Shown piece after piece: positions 1 to 9,825 of a stretch of 64,000 nt of DNA. The stretch covers positions 1 to 64,000 of the forward strand of contig JBKHVI010000008.1 of the NCBI GenBank assembly GCA_046570105.1, in the 5' to 3' direction. Position 1 is the stretch's first letter; the number at the start of each line of letters is the position of its first letter. Source of the stretch: Bacteriovoracia bacterium. GTDB lineage: Bacteria > Bdellovibrionota > Bacteriovoracia > Bacteriovoracales > Bacteriovoracaceae. The notes beneath the pieces are model-generated. The model saw only the letters and a list, made by a program, of their open reading frames with translations, had not been told where the DNA came from and did not search any database. The position numbers were made by a program, and so were the translations under genes.

Positions 1-958
1 CAAGGCTTGAGAGCACTGTGCCCATGGTGTATTCATTTTCACTGGCGACATTACTGGGCTCAGAAATATCGATATCGACAATTTGCGCACCTGGAGCGAC
101 ACCATCAAGACTAGGGTTCCCCGAAAAATGAGACGCCATGACAGAAGCGACGCCTTCACCGTGAGAGTCGCCACCTGTTTCGGGTTGCTGAATTTTAAGC
201 AGGGCCTTCTCTTTATCAAACTCGACAGTTAACACCATCGCTGAGTTCGGAAGATTAAAATACTCTCCAGTGGCGCCAAAAGTTCCGCGGCACTCCACTT
301 CTGAGAATTTGTCATCCACATCAAGATCCATGCAGACCTTGTCAGTCACTTGCACTTTAAATTTATTGGTTTTGCCATCACCGTTGAGATCAGGCTTGCC
401 ATCAAAGCTCACGCGGTCTTCATCGACAACACCTTCAAAACCATTTTCAGTCGCAGTCAGTGTGTAGCTGGCATAATTTGATGAAGATCCCAATTTTAAA
501 ATTTTACGCGCGCCCGTGGTGGTCACTCGAAAGCCCGGATGATGAGGCGAGATGCCATCGTCATACACACCCACGATCACACCGCGGCCATCGGCCGTGG
601 GATTTTCTTTCCAGAACTCAAGAATGCCGAAATCTTTTTTCGCCAAGTACAGCGCACCATCGGTGATGGGAGCGGGGTTTTCAGCATGGGCGATTTTTTC
701 ATCGAGAATAGCTTCTGAAGATTCGTTGAGATTTAATTCATTCAAGGCCTCGACATCACCCTCAAGGCGCACGATCACATCGCCACTGGCCTGAATTCCC
801 AAAGCGGCCGCTTCGCTTTTAAGCGCCTCGGCATCGAGACTCCCGGCGATCAAAACAACTTTTGCTCCAGAACCTTTGAGTTCAAGGCGCTTGGTTTTAA
901 GAGCTTCTTGTCCGCAAGCGGCCAAAAGGAGCAAAACCATAAGGGTTGTGTAGCGCAT
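1..958 (-). CDS. S8 subtilisin-family serine peptidase, TPP-II-like lipoprotein (partial, runs off window start)
   Basis: Translated by hand (absent from ORF track): MRYTTLMVLLLLAACG lipobox; DGRGVIVGVYDDG (catalytic Asp); DSHGEGVAS (His); GVAPGAQI; GGAG RBS upstream of ATG 958. Confidence 0.85.
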   Translation of the reverse strand, partial: MRYTTLMVLLLLAACGQEALKTKRLELKGSGAKVVLIAGSLDAEALKSEAAALGIQASGDVIVRLEGDVEALNELNLNESSEAILDEKIAHAENPAPITDGALYLAKKDFGILEFWKENPTADGRGVIVGVYDDGISPHHPGFRVTTTGARKILKLGSSSNYASYTLTATENGFEGVVDEDRVSFDGKPDLNGDGKTNKFKVQVTDKVCMDLDVDDKFSEVECRGTFGATGEYFNLPNSAMVLTVEFDKEKALLKIQQPETGGDSHGEGVASVMASHFSGNPSLDGVAPGAQIVDIDISEPSNVASENEYTMGTVLSSL

Positions 959-1051
959 AAGTTCTCCTGGGAATCGACGGTATTCTAGCTCTCGAATGAA
1001 AATTACAGTGAAAGCCTGTATTTTTTACGAGGATTAGGCTCTACTGTCATC

Positions 1052-2035
1052 ATGAGATTTCATACTGTTGGCCTTTGTTTGGGATTATTATTTTCCTGCG
1101 CTAAGCCTCCTAAATTTGAGAACCTAATCGACACCCCGCTCACCACCGGAGGAGTCAATAAATGGCAGGCGACCTGGGCGTTATTCTTTGAGGACGATCC
1201 GCGCGCGTTTCCAGAGCAGGAACTCCCCATTCGCGCACTCAAAATGAGCGATTTAAAGTCAGATTTTGCTGCGGTCTGGCTGGGTCACTCTTCCATTCTT
1301 TTAAAATTGAAAAATGACTTCGTGCTGTTTGATCCCGTCTTTGGCAAACGCGTTTCTCCGTTTCAATGGCTGGGTCCCGTTCGGGCCCATCCACTGCCGA
1401 TTGATGTGACAGAACTTCCCACTCTTAGTGCAGTGGTGATTTCTCATGATCATCACGATCATTTAGATGAACTCACCATTCGCGAACTCAGTGCTCGCAC
1501 TGAAAAGTTTTTTGTACCACTGGAAGTCGGTGCGATTCTGCGCGACTGGGATGTGCCCCATGACAAAATTGTCGAACTTAATTGGTGGCAAAGTGTCGAG
1601 CATCGTGGGCTTAAAATCAGCTGCACGCCTGCACGCCACTTCTCTGGCCGAGGCCTCATCAATTGGAATCAAACTCTCTGGGCGAGTTGGGTGATTGAGC
1701 ATCCAGCGCTTAAAGTTTATTTTGGAGGCGACACTGGTTTCTTTGAAACCTTCTCTGAAATTGGAAAGAAGTTGGGCCCCTTCGATCTGACTATGATGCC
1801 GATTGGCGCCTATGATGAATTATGGTCGGCGATTCATGTGACTCCGGAAGAATCCGTGCGAGCGCACAAGATGCTCCAGGGAAAATTATTTTTCCCGATT
1901 CATTGGGCGACTTTCGATCTCTCTCGCCACGCCTGGGATGAACCGAAAAAAAGATTCTTAGATGCGGCAACGGATATTGATTATGTTCTTCCCTTGCCGG
2001 GCGAAGTGATTCAGCTCAATCCCACCACGCGATAG
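1052..2035 (+). CDS. MBL-fold metallo-hydrolase (NAPE-PLD/RomA-like), probable lipoprotein
   Basis: WLGHSS, ISHDHHDHLD, PARHFSGR, GDTG, PIHWATF motifs. Confidence 0.9.
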   Translation: MRFHTVGLCLGLLFSCAKPPKFENLIDTPLTTGGVNKWQATWALFFEDDPRAFPEQELPIRALKMSDLKSDFAAVWLGHSSILLKLKNDFVLFDPVFGKRVSPFQWLGPVRAHPLPIDVTELPTLSAVVISHDHHDHLDELTIRELSARTEKFFVPLEVGAILRDWDVPHDKIVELNWWQSVEHRGLKISCTPARHFSGRGLINWNQTLWASWVIEHPALKVYFGGDTGFFETFSEIGKKLGPFDLTMMPIGAYDELWSAIHVTPEESVRAHKMLQGKLFFPIHWATFDLSRHAWDEPKKRFLDAATDIDYVLPLPGEVIQLNPTTR

Positions 2036-2487
2036 ACACGAGTCTCTTGGGGGGTTTCCAGTTCAAACTCTTCCCCGACTTTGCATCCAACGACTGCATC
2101 ACCGATCGGCGAGAAAACCGAAATCACCAAAATACCTTTGCCATTTACGTTGAGCATAGTTCCGCCCGCAGTGGAGCAGACAAAATAGCTGCGAGTCTGA
2201 CCTTTGAACTCAATCTCTACCAGTGCACCAATTCCCACTTCATCATCTGACTGAAAAGATTTAATAGGAGTCTCTTCAATCATTTGTTGCTCAAGTTTAA
2301 GCTCTTCCACGCGCTTACTTTGCGCTCCGGCCAGGTAACCGGCCTCAATTCCGCGTGTATCGTATTTTCCATCCGGTTTTACATCACCATCTTTGGCATA
2401 ACTTGCGGTTGTCGCTTCGGCCTCTTGTGCCACCTTGAGTTCAAGCGTCACTTTTTCTAATAACTGACGGCGGATTTCACTTTTCAT
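2011..2487 (-). CDS. GreA/GreB family elongation-factor-like protein
   Basis: KYDTRGIEAGYLAGAQ and C-terminal ISVFSPIGDAVVG-KVGEEF. Confidence 0.8.
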   Translation of the reverse strand: MKSEIRRQLLEKVTLELKVAQEAEATTASYAKDGDVKPDGKYDTRGIEAGYLAGAQSKRVEELKLEQQMIEETPIKSFQSDDEVGIGALVEIEFKGQTRSYFVCSTAGGTMLNVNGKGILVISVFSPIGDAVVGCKVGEEFELETPQETRVYRVVGLS

Positions 2488-2570
2488 AGTTGCCTTCTTT
2501 ACTCACACAAGAAAAAGATTCCTTCGAGAATCATATGTGTCAAACACAGAGTATTTACTACAATATTCTA

Positions 2571-3875
2571 ATGATTATACAGCATCTCTATCAAATGCTC
2601 TTTGAGTTTATCGTGCCCGATCGCGACAAACTCAAAAAAACAGAGATACGCGCGATTCATACACATCTGCTCACGGTGATCTCAACCGGTGCACTGATGT
2701 GGGCCTATGCCATATTGGCCTTCTTTACTATTTCAAATCCCTGGCCCTGTCGCATCGGTGTTGCCGCCTCAACGGTTCATCTGCTCTCTCCTCTGCTCTA
2801 TCGCATAAATCGAAATATTTTATTTAACGCCAGTGTGCTGCTCTTTGCAGGTCTTGCTCACCAGGCCACCTTCGCCTATTTCACGGGCGGATTTATGGAT
2901 CGAATTATTATTTGGTTTGGCATTCTGCCTTTCTTGGGCGCCATCATCGCCGGAAAACGCGGAGCGATTATGTGGTGCCTCATTACTCTAGGTGCCTCGG
3001 CTGCTTTCCTCATGCTCCATCTCAATGGCCACCCCTTTCCTAACGCCATTTCAGAAAACGGTCGCTTAATTGCCCAGGCCTATATTGTATTTGGCTGGAT
3101 CTTTTTAAGTTCAATTCTGAGTTTTACTTATCTTTATCATGAAGAGCGGCATGAAGAAGCGATGGGAAAACAAAAGACCCATGTGGAAAATCTTTTCCGC
3201 GTACTCTTTCATGATCTAGGAAATCCTCTGGCCTTATTACAAATGGGAATGGAAAGCGCTCGCACAGCAAAAGACCCTATGATTCAAGCGCGCTCACTGG
3301 AGATCTCACAGAAAGCCGTCAATACCATGGTGGAGATCACCGAAAACGTGCGCCAGATGTATCATGTCAGAGAGAGCAACGGCCCAATGGATTGCGTCCC
3401 CACCTCATTACCCAAGGTCATCGCTCGCTTAGATATGCTCTTTCAAACGCAAATGCGTGAGAAGAGAATCAAGCTCATGTTTGATCCCATTCTTCATCAA
3501 GGCACCATCGTGATTGTTGAACCGGTGAGTTTTCTCCACCAAGTGCTGGCCAATATCCTTTCCAACGCCATTAAATTTTCCAACGAAGCCTCTCTGATTA
3601 CCATCGAAGCGGCGCCCTATAATCGCGATTTCATCTTACTCAAAATTAAAGACCAGGGCATTGGGATGACACCCGAACAACTGGCCCAATTCTCCACAAA
3701 TGAAATTAAGAGTTCTAGTCTGGGTACTCGTGGTGAAAAAGGCAGCGGCTTTGGGCTCAACCTCATGAGAAATTTCGTAGAAAGATACAACGGCGAAGTT
3801 CATGTCTCATCTGTCACAGAAGGGCTTGAGCGCGGAACAACCTTCACTCTCAAACTGAAAGGTAATTTCACTTGA
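2571..3875 (+). CDS. Membrane sensor histidine kinase
   Basis: Several TM helices; HDLGNPL H-box, NAIKFS, DQGIGM, GSGFGL; start moved to ATG 2571. Confidence 0.9.
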   Translation: MIIQHLYQMLFEFIVPDRDKLKKTEIRAIHTHLLTVISTGALMWAYAILAFFTISNPWPCRIGVAASTVHLLSPLLYRINRNILFNASVLLFAGLAHQATFAYFTGGFMDRIIIWFGILPFLGAIIAGKRGAIMWCLITLGASAAFLMLHLNGHPFPNAISENGRLIAQAYIVFGWIFLSSILSFTYLYHEERHEEAMGKQKTHVENLFRVLFHDLGNPLALLQMGMESARTAKDPMIQARSLEISQKAVNTMVEITENVRQMYHVRESNGPMDCVPTSLPKVIARLDMLFQTQMREKRIKLMFDPILHQGTIVIVEPVSFLHQVLANILSNAIKFSNEASLITIEAAPYNRDFILLKIKDQGIGMTPEQLAQFSTNEIKSSSLGTRGEKGSGFGLNLMRNFVERYNGEVHVSSVTEGLERGTTFTLKLKGNFT

Positions 3876-5164
3876 AGCACAACCCCACTCTTGATTCACT
3901 GACGGAAGACCAATTCTTGCATGGAAGAAAAGGCCCCTGGCCACAACCGCAACCCGCTCATCCTTTGGGCGAAGCTCCGGGTGTTGTACATGTTCCTCTC
4001 AATGAATGGATTGATTGGTGGCTGCATATTGGTTCCCGCTATGTTCTCACTCTGGGACTCACACCTATAGAGTATCTGCGCTCAATCATTCAACCAGGCC
4101 TTGCTCCGGTGGATGATCAAGAGTTTGCTCGCCTGCTGTCGCATTCGATGATTAGTAAATTCATCACCGATAAATTCGATACTCATGACCAAGATATTTT
4201 TAAAAGCTTTGATCTTGCGGGGAAATATCTGATTGATCTCGAAGCCATTCGTGTGGTGAAACCTTTTAAAGGCATGTTCGCCTCAGGTACCAAGGTTCTC
4301 TTGTTACGCAATGGTTTTGATTACACACCCGAAGCCATTTGGGTGGATAAAACTCAAACTCTTCTCACTCCAGAGAACTCTGAAGCGTGGAATCTGGCCA
4401 AGTATTTTGTGCTGCAAGGCTGTGCCATGGCAGCGACCCTGGTTGTGCATCCACTGATTCATTTCCCGCTTGATAGTGTGAATGCCGTAACGAAAACGGC
4501 CCTGCCTGTTTGGCATCCGCTGGCACTCAGAGATTTATTAGTTGAAGGCTTCAAAGGCATTAAAGGGAATCTCTCCTATCCTCCCTATTGTTTCCCTCTC
4601 ACACCTCCACCCGTGCCCTCAAGCTATGGTGAATTTCAAAATGCTTACTGGCCGGCGTTTCTTAAATTCGCTCGCTCCATGCTTCACGATGTGAAGTCTG
4701 ATGATCAATTAGTCCACAGCTGGGGAAAATTTCTCTCGCCGCTCTTACCTGGATTTCCCGCCGACTTCTCTGACCTTGAAACACTTTATCAAACTGCCGC
4801 GAGCTATTTGTGGCAAGTGACTGTTGGCCACTCGGTTGATCATTACAACTATGGCAAAATGGACGTGCGAAAAGTGCCACTGCGTATGCGCCAAGAACCA
4901 CCGAACAAAGACGATAAGATTCATTCTCGTGAAAAACTCGTGCGTTTCTGGGACAGCGGTAAATATCGTATGGCCCAACGTTTGTTCTTTCGCCCCACCA
5001 CCGTCACCACGCTGATTGGCAGTGAGTATCGCTGCATGAATGAACGCGAACGGGATGCAGTGAAATTATTTAGAAGTGAGTTGCGGGCGATAGACATTGA
5101 GGTCAAAAAAAGGGGGATATGTTATATCCCCCTAGAAGAAATTGCGGCGAGTATTCAGTACTAA
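3872..5164 (+). CDS. Divergent lipoxygenase-like protein
   Basis: WNLAKYFV...HPLIH...T..ALP..HPL; HSVDH; C-terminal IAASIQY resembling the LOX terminal motif. Confidence 0.6.
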   Translation: MKHNPTLDSLTEDQFLHGRKGPWPQPQPAHPLGEAPGVVHVPLNEWIDWWLHIGSRYVLTLGLTPIEYLRSIIQPGLAPVDDQEFARLLSHSMISKFITDKFDTHDQDIFKSFDLAGKYLIDLEAIRVVKPFKGMFASGTKVLLLRNGFDYTPEAIWVDKTQTLLTPENSEAWNLAKYFVLQGCAMAATLVVHPLIHFPLDSVNAVTKTALPVWHPLALRDLLVEGFKGIKGNLSYPPYCFPLTPPPVPSSYGEFQNAYWPAFLKFARSMLHDVKSDDQLVHSWGKFLSPLLPGFPADFSDLETLYQTAASYLWQVTVGHSVDHYNYGKMDVRKVPLRMRQEPPNKDDKIHSREKLVRFWDSGKYRMAQRLFFRPTTVTTLIGSEYRCMNERERDAVKLFRSELRAIDIEVKKRGICYIPLEEIAASIQY

Positions 5165-6387
5165 CGATAAACGCGCTGAAGCTCTACGGCGATACGCTCA
5201 TTCATGTCACCGGCGCGTGAACACATGAGATCTTTAATATCGAGTTGGTAGTTAACAAAAGCGTTAATCCCTTCGTCGTAAAACTCATGGTAGCAGTCTG
5301 GCAAACCAATGACGTGGCCAAACTCATGGCGAATTGTCCACTGGCTCTCATACTCTTCAATCGATTGATTTGAATCCATCACGATTTCATTGCCGCCCAG
5401 ACCATTCACATGAGGAACAACACCGGGCTGAAACTTCAGACGTGGGCCATTTGCAAAGCGACCGAAATTAATTTTAAGCGCCCACTCTCCCCACTTAAAT
5501 TCCGCTTCGACGTTATCCTTCAAGTAAGGACCAAACTTAGCAATTGAAGGCGTATTAAACGGAACAATCATGAGGTTAGTATCTTTGTGATCTACGTCCG
5601 AGCGAACGGCATAATCTGGAATATCAAAAAACGCACGCCACACTTTGGCGCTATTGGCGCTAAAGGTAGCAAACAATTCACCGAGCTTATCGGCCGCTTC
5701 ACTTTGTTTCACGCGCTTCTGGCAGCTCGCCAAAGTTTGGGTCTCATAGTTCAAGCACATGCCGACTAAGTGGCCACGGACAACTTCTTTTTCAGCATCA
5801 GGTAATTGCGCAAAATCAGCAAAACGACCTGCATTCCAACCATTGGTGATGAAGAAATAATAACTGCGCACATCTTTTTTCTTAGCGCGGACATAGTGTG
5901 ACATCCAAGGCATCAAAGACTTCAAACGAGCAGCCGTTTGATAGTTACGATCCACACGACGAGCGAGTTTCACGAATTCTTCATCCGATCCACCAGGCAA
6001 CACAGAAGGAAATTCAGCGCCATTTAAAACGGCGATGAGTTCAGCTGGCAGTTCTTTTTCTAAGAGAGCATTGTTCTCACCCACTGTGGTGATGGAATAG
6101 ATCGATGGTTTATCAATCGGAATACCACCGCGCGTGCCGGGAGAAGTCAGACGCAAAGCTTCCGATGGAGAGCGACGGTTGTTTTCAAACTCAAGCCATT
6201 TCGCCAAACGATCGCCCCACTTAATCGCAAGTGCTAGAGGTGGTTGATCGAGTTCGTCTTTGTTGGCATTTTTCGCCAAGAGAGCTCGGTACTCACTTGA
6301 TGTCGTTTCAAGATCTAAGTGAACAGGTGGATGGGCCAGAGCAGTCAAAGCAAAAGACGCCATCGCGAGAGTAAGTAGAATTTTCAT
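5161..6387 (-). CDS. Secreted zinc metalloprotease (metzincin-like)
   Basis: Signal peptide; HEFGHVIGLPD motif followed by a Met-turn-like DLM. Confidence 0.75.
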   Translation of the reverse strand: MKILLTLAMASFALTALAHPPVHLDLETTSSEYRALLAKNANKDELDQPPLALAIKWGDRLAKWLEFENNRRSPSEALRLTSPGTRGGIPIDKPSIYSITTVGENNALLEKELPAELIAVLNGAEFPSVLPGGSDEEFVKLARRVDRNYQTAARLKSLMPWMSHYVRAKKKDVRSYYFFITNGWNAGRFADFAQLPDAEKEVVRGHLVGMCLNYETQTLASCQKRVKQSEAADKLGELFATFSANSAKVWRAFFDIPDYAVRSDVDHKDTNLMIVPFNTPSIAKFGPYLKDNVEAEFKWGEWALKINFGRFANGPRLKFQPGVVPHVNGLGGNEIVMDSNQSIEEYESQWTIRHEFGHVIGLPDCYHEFYDEGINAFVNYQLDIKDLMCSRAGDMNERIAVELQRVYR

Positions 6388-6448
6388 ATTTCCTCCAGAA
6401 GAAGGAAGAGCATCCCTTAGGAAGAAAGACTTTGACTAGAGTGAGGGT

Positions 6449-6484
6449 AAAAAAGAAGAGGGAAGGCCAGAGCGGCCTTCCCTC
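6449..6484 (-). terminator. Rho-independent terminator
   Basis: gagggaaggcc/ggccttccctc 11 bp stem, T-rich tail on minus strand, just after stop at 6494. Confidence 0.85.
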
Positions 6485-6493
6485 GTAAAATCA

Positions 6494-7738
6494 CTAACGT
6501 ACGGCTTCGACTGAAGCTTCTTTATCACTTGAAAGTGTTGGCACTGTGCCGACCCAGCTGAAGTTATCAGAGAGGGCCTTGACGTGTTTTAACTTCATCA
6601 AGAAAGTCTTTTTATCGTTCAAGGCGCCGGTATCAACGTTTGAAAGATCAACTTGGACTGCAGTGAGGTTTTCACCAACTGAAGTTGTGATGGCATTCAA
6701 TTCGCTGATTGTACCTTTCACACTTGCGCGACCCACGATGGTGTTAATCACACCACGGCGGCGACCTTCGATCACGAGTTCGATGCGATCTTGTGCTTCC
6801 ACCAGACCTTTAACTGTGAATGAAAGTTTCTTCGCTGTGAAATCAAGAACAGCGTCAGTTACGTTTTGCGCCACTTGACCTTGCAACTCAGTCGCGTTGG
6901 TCAAAAGGACATCGATGCGTTGAGCGACTGTCACTTCTTCACCTTGGCGATTAACCACTGGAGAAGCACGACGAGTACCGACCAACACATCAGCTGTTGC
7001 GTTTGATACGAGATCGATCGTTTTCTGAGTCGTCAAAGTAGCAAGGAAGCCTACTTCTTGAGCGAAGTTTGGATTCAAGAATTGAACATCCAACTGGCCC
7101 GCAACTTTTACGTTTACGTTGTACGGAATTTCTACCGGACGCTGACAAGCGTAAGTTTCGGTGCGGTAGCGAGTCACTGTTCGGCATTCCCACTCTTGGT
7201 AAGGAACTTGGCGACACTGATTTTCTCCTGGCACTTGGTAGCACCATGGAACTGATTCAGTCGTACACTCTTGATCTTGATAAGGAACCTGACGGCAGAT
7301 GCGCTCGCCTGGAATGGTTTCACAACGACGTTGTGGTGGAGCTGGTTCACATACGCGCTGACCGTTACGAGTCGTGCAGCGTTCGCCGCCTGGGAAATCT
7401 TGGCAACGTGTGCGGCCTGGACCTTGTGAACATTCTTGACGGTAACGAGTCACTGTACGGCAACGGCGCTCATCGCGACGGCCACATTCTTGACGTGGTG
7501 GAATCCAAGAACATTCTTGGCGGTAACGAGTTTCGTATCCACACTCTTCTTCTTGATAAGGGATTTGGCGTGTACAGGTTGAATCCTGCATCTCCGTGCG
7601 GGTGCGCGTCTCAACCAGCATACGCTCGAGAGTTACGTGCTCATGCGGCTGACCTTGGAAAGTGAAGTTCGCTTGCTCAACGGCAAACGCGCTGACTGAC
7701 AATAACATCCCCACGAAGAGGGGCCAAAAAGATCCCAT
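6494..7738 (-). CDS. Secreted protein with Cys-rich repeat region
   Basis: Signal peptide; repeated CRQVPYQ and CRTVTRYRQEC units; GGAG RBS. Confidence 0.8.
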   Translation of the reverse strand: MGSFWPLFVGMLLSVSAFAVEQANFTFQGQPHEHVTLERMLVETRTRTEMQDSTCTRQIPYQEEECGYETRYRQECSWIPPRQECGRRDERRCRTVTRYRQECSQGPGRTRCQDFPGGERCTTRNGQRVCEPAPPQRRCETIPGERICRQVPYQDQECTTESVPWCYQVPGENQCRQVPYQEWECRTVTRYRTETYACQRPVEIPYNVNVKVAGQLDVQFLNPNFAQEVGFLATLTTQKTIDLVSNATADVLVGTRRASPVVNRQGEEVTVAQRIDVLLTNATELQGQVAQNVTDAVLDFTAKKLSFTVKGLVEAQDRIELVIEGRRRGVINTIVGRASVKGTISELNAITTSVGENLTAVQVDLSNVDTGALNDKKTFLMKLKHVKALSDNFSWVGTVPTLSSDKEASVEAVR

Positions 7739-7773
7739 GAAAACTCCTTTTATAGGTTAACGCAGACTTACGA

Positions 7774-7790
7774 AGCAAGAGCCGTACCAA
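7774..7790 (-). promoter_or_regulatory. sigma54 (-24/-12) promoter
   Basis: Minus strand TTGGTACGGCTCTTGCT, GG-N10-GC, upstream of the 7738 start. Confidence 0.7.
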
Positions 7791-7884
7791 AAGTGGCGAC
7801 ATACTAAATCACTCACTTGCTGCGTGGCACGGGGCGAAGTGCCACCATGGACTGGTGACAATTTCACTCAGACTCTCTGCAGCA

Positions 7885-7911
7885 TAAAGATGAGCGCAAG
7901 ATGTCCGATAA
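7885..7911 (+). promoter_or_regulatory. sigma28 (FliA)-type promoter
   Basis: TAAA-N15-TCCGATAA, 7 nt before ATG 7919. Confidence 0.65.
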
Positions 7912-7918
7912 GTTCATT

Positions 7919-8995
7919 ATGAAATGGTTGCGAAACCTGCTGCAGTCACAAGACGCGCGCTACTTTTTAAAAACCGCAATTAAAATTGCGATCGTTCCTG
8001 TTGTGACAACAGGTCTCATTATTTATTCACTCTTGATTTATCTCGGCATGAATTACTCCTTCTTCTTGGCCAATGGTTATGCCGAAGGCCCCGATATGAA
8101 AGAAGCCTTCTGGGATCACTTTGCTGTTTCACTACTTGAATTAGTGCCGTGGACATTAACGATTTACGCAGGAATATTTGCTTTAGGATTGATGCTCGCT
8201 TACTTGGTTTTGCGTCCCTTCTTTCAAGTGGCACAAATGTGTGAAGATGTTTTGAACGGAGAAACTCCCAATACAAAACTAGATCCCATCAGCGCGCAAA
8301 AACTGGTGCTACGCTCGGCCGTTTTTTTTATGGAGTATCTCGACGAACGTGAAAAGCACCAATCGAAATCATCTTTTGCTATTCCTTCTGAGATTCAAAA
8401 AATTAGCGCTCCACGTCCCGACGGTGTGTTTTATCTTCAATACGCTCTCCTCATAACACTGGTCACAGGCATCTCTGGTTTTGCCATTTATGTCGGCATC
8501 AGTCACATTCACGAACAAATTGTGGAAGCCGCCATGGCGGTGTTAAAGGCCAATAAAACCATTGGCACATTTTTATTGTCTCAACGAGATAGCGTAGAAA
8601 ATATCGGCTGGGCCTGCACCGCCTTCACCACTCTGCTTTATATTGTGATTGCTCGCAGTATTATTCGCGAAGTCGAAGGTGTCTCTTATGGATATTTGCG
8701 CGACATTCGTGAAGTCTTAGGTGGCAATCATGCCAAACGTCTGACTCCACGTTTTAATGATCCGGGTAAGGACGCTGCGTTTGCGATTAACCAGGTGATG
8801 AATTTATTGTTTACCAAAAAAGGCACAATCCTTGAGCTGCCTGCCCATACGCGCCAGGACGCACCGCCGGCCTTTATTGAAGAATTCAAAGGTAAGAACG
8901 GAGAACGTGTCTATCGCGTCGTAACGCCTGATGGTCAGATCATCGAAGGTCTCGACTATGAAGATACGGTTAAACTTCTCAAAAAAGTCAGCTAG
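7919..8995 (+). CDS. Hypothetical membrane protein (two TM-pair modules, HAMP-like segment)
   Basis: Four hydrophobic segments; IREVLGGNHAKRL..R.ND...A.AINQ HAMP-like stretch. Confidence 0.7.
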   Translation: MKWLRNLLQSQDARYFLKTAIKIAIVPVVTTGLIIYSLLIYLGMNYSFFLANGYAEGPDMKEAFWDHFAVSLLELVPWTLTIYAGIFALGLMLAYLVLRPFFQVAQMCEDVLNGETPNTKLDPISAQKLVLRSAVFFMEYLDEREKHQSKSSFAIPSEIQKISAPRPDGVFYLQYALLITLVTGISGFAIYVGISHIHEQIVEAAMAVLKANKTIGTFLLSQRDSVENIGWACTAFTTLLYIVIARSIIREVEGVSYGYLRDIREVLGGNHAKRLTPRFNDPGKDAAFAINQVMNLLFTKKGTILELPAHTRQDAPPAFIEEFKGKNGERVYRVVTPDGQIIEGLDYEDTVKLLKKVS

Positions 8996-9054
8996 CTTCC
9001 CCTGGCCCACCTCTTTTAAAGCGCGCTAAGATTCTTCTCAATCAGGAGATTCTT

Positions 9055-9825
9055 ATGAAGTTCGTTCTCGCGACATTTATGTTGAGCTTGTCTTTGAATG
9101 CTTGGTCTTGGGGCACTATCGGTCATCGAGTCGTGGGACATCTGGCAGATCAACGTCTCACCCCTGCTACCAAAGCTAAAGTCGCTGCCTTGTTAGGCAA
9201 AGAAACCCTGGCCGATGTCGCTAACTGGGCCGACTGGATTAAGTCTGATCCCAACTGGCGCCACGCCAATCCTTGGCACTATGTCAGTATTGCTGACGGA
9301 AAAAAACTCGCTGAAACAGAACGTGCCGAAGCGGGTGATATCGCTCAGGCCATTGAGCGCTTCACGTTGGAACTCAAAAATAAAAAATTAGCAAAAGAGA
9401 AGCGTCGCGAGGCGCTGGCCTTCTTAGCACACCTCATTGGTGATGTGCATATGCCTTTGCATGTTGGCCGCAAAGAAGATGCCGGTGGCAATAAAGTAGA
9501 ATTGAAATGGTTTGGCCGCAAAACGAACTTGCATGAAATCTGGGATGAAAAAATCATCGAGATGGAGAAGATGAGCTATCGTGACTATGCCGCCTGGGTC
9601 GATAAAGCCTCACGCACCGATGAGAAGAAATGGCGCGCCAGTGATTTGGCAGTGTGGATGCAAGAGTCGCAAGATCTGCGCGATTTAGTTTATTCATACC
9701 CCAAAGATAAAAAACTTCCTCCTTATTGGGAGTATGAATATCGCTACCGTACCTATCAAGTGCTCAATCAACGACTCCTCCAGGCGGGTGTTCGTCTGGC
9801 CGCTCACCTGGAGAAAACCCTGTGA
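9055..9825 (+). CDS. S1/P1 nuclease
   Basis: Signal peptide, then WGTIGH, WAD, WHY, HLIGDVHMPLH, LHEIWD. Confidence 0.95.
   Translation: MKFVLATFMLSLSLNAWSWGTIGHRVVGHLADQRLTPATKAKVAALLGKETLADVANWADWIKSDPNWRHANPWHYVSIADGKKLAETERAEAGDIAQAIERFTLELKNKKLAKEKRREALAFLAHLIGDVHMPLHVGRKEDAGGNKVELKWFGRKTNLHEIWDEKIIEMEKMSYRDYAAWVDKASRTDEKKWRASDLAVWMQESQDLRDLVYSYPKDKKLPPYWEYEYRYRTYQVLNQRLLQAGVRLAAHLEKTL

Noticed and set aside
7069..7665. 198 aa plus-strand ORF
   Set aside because: Antisense shadow of the repeat-rich gene 6494-7738, with no supporting signals.
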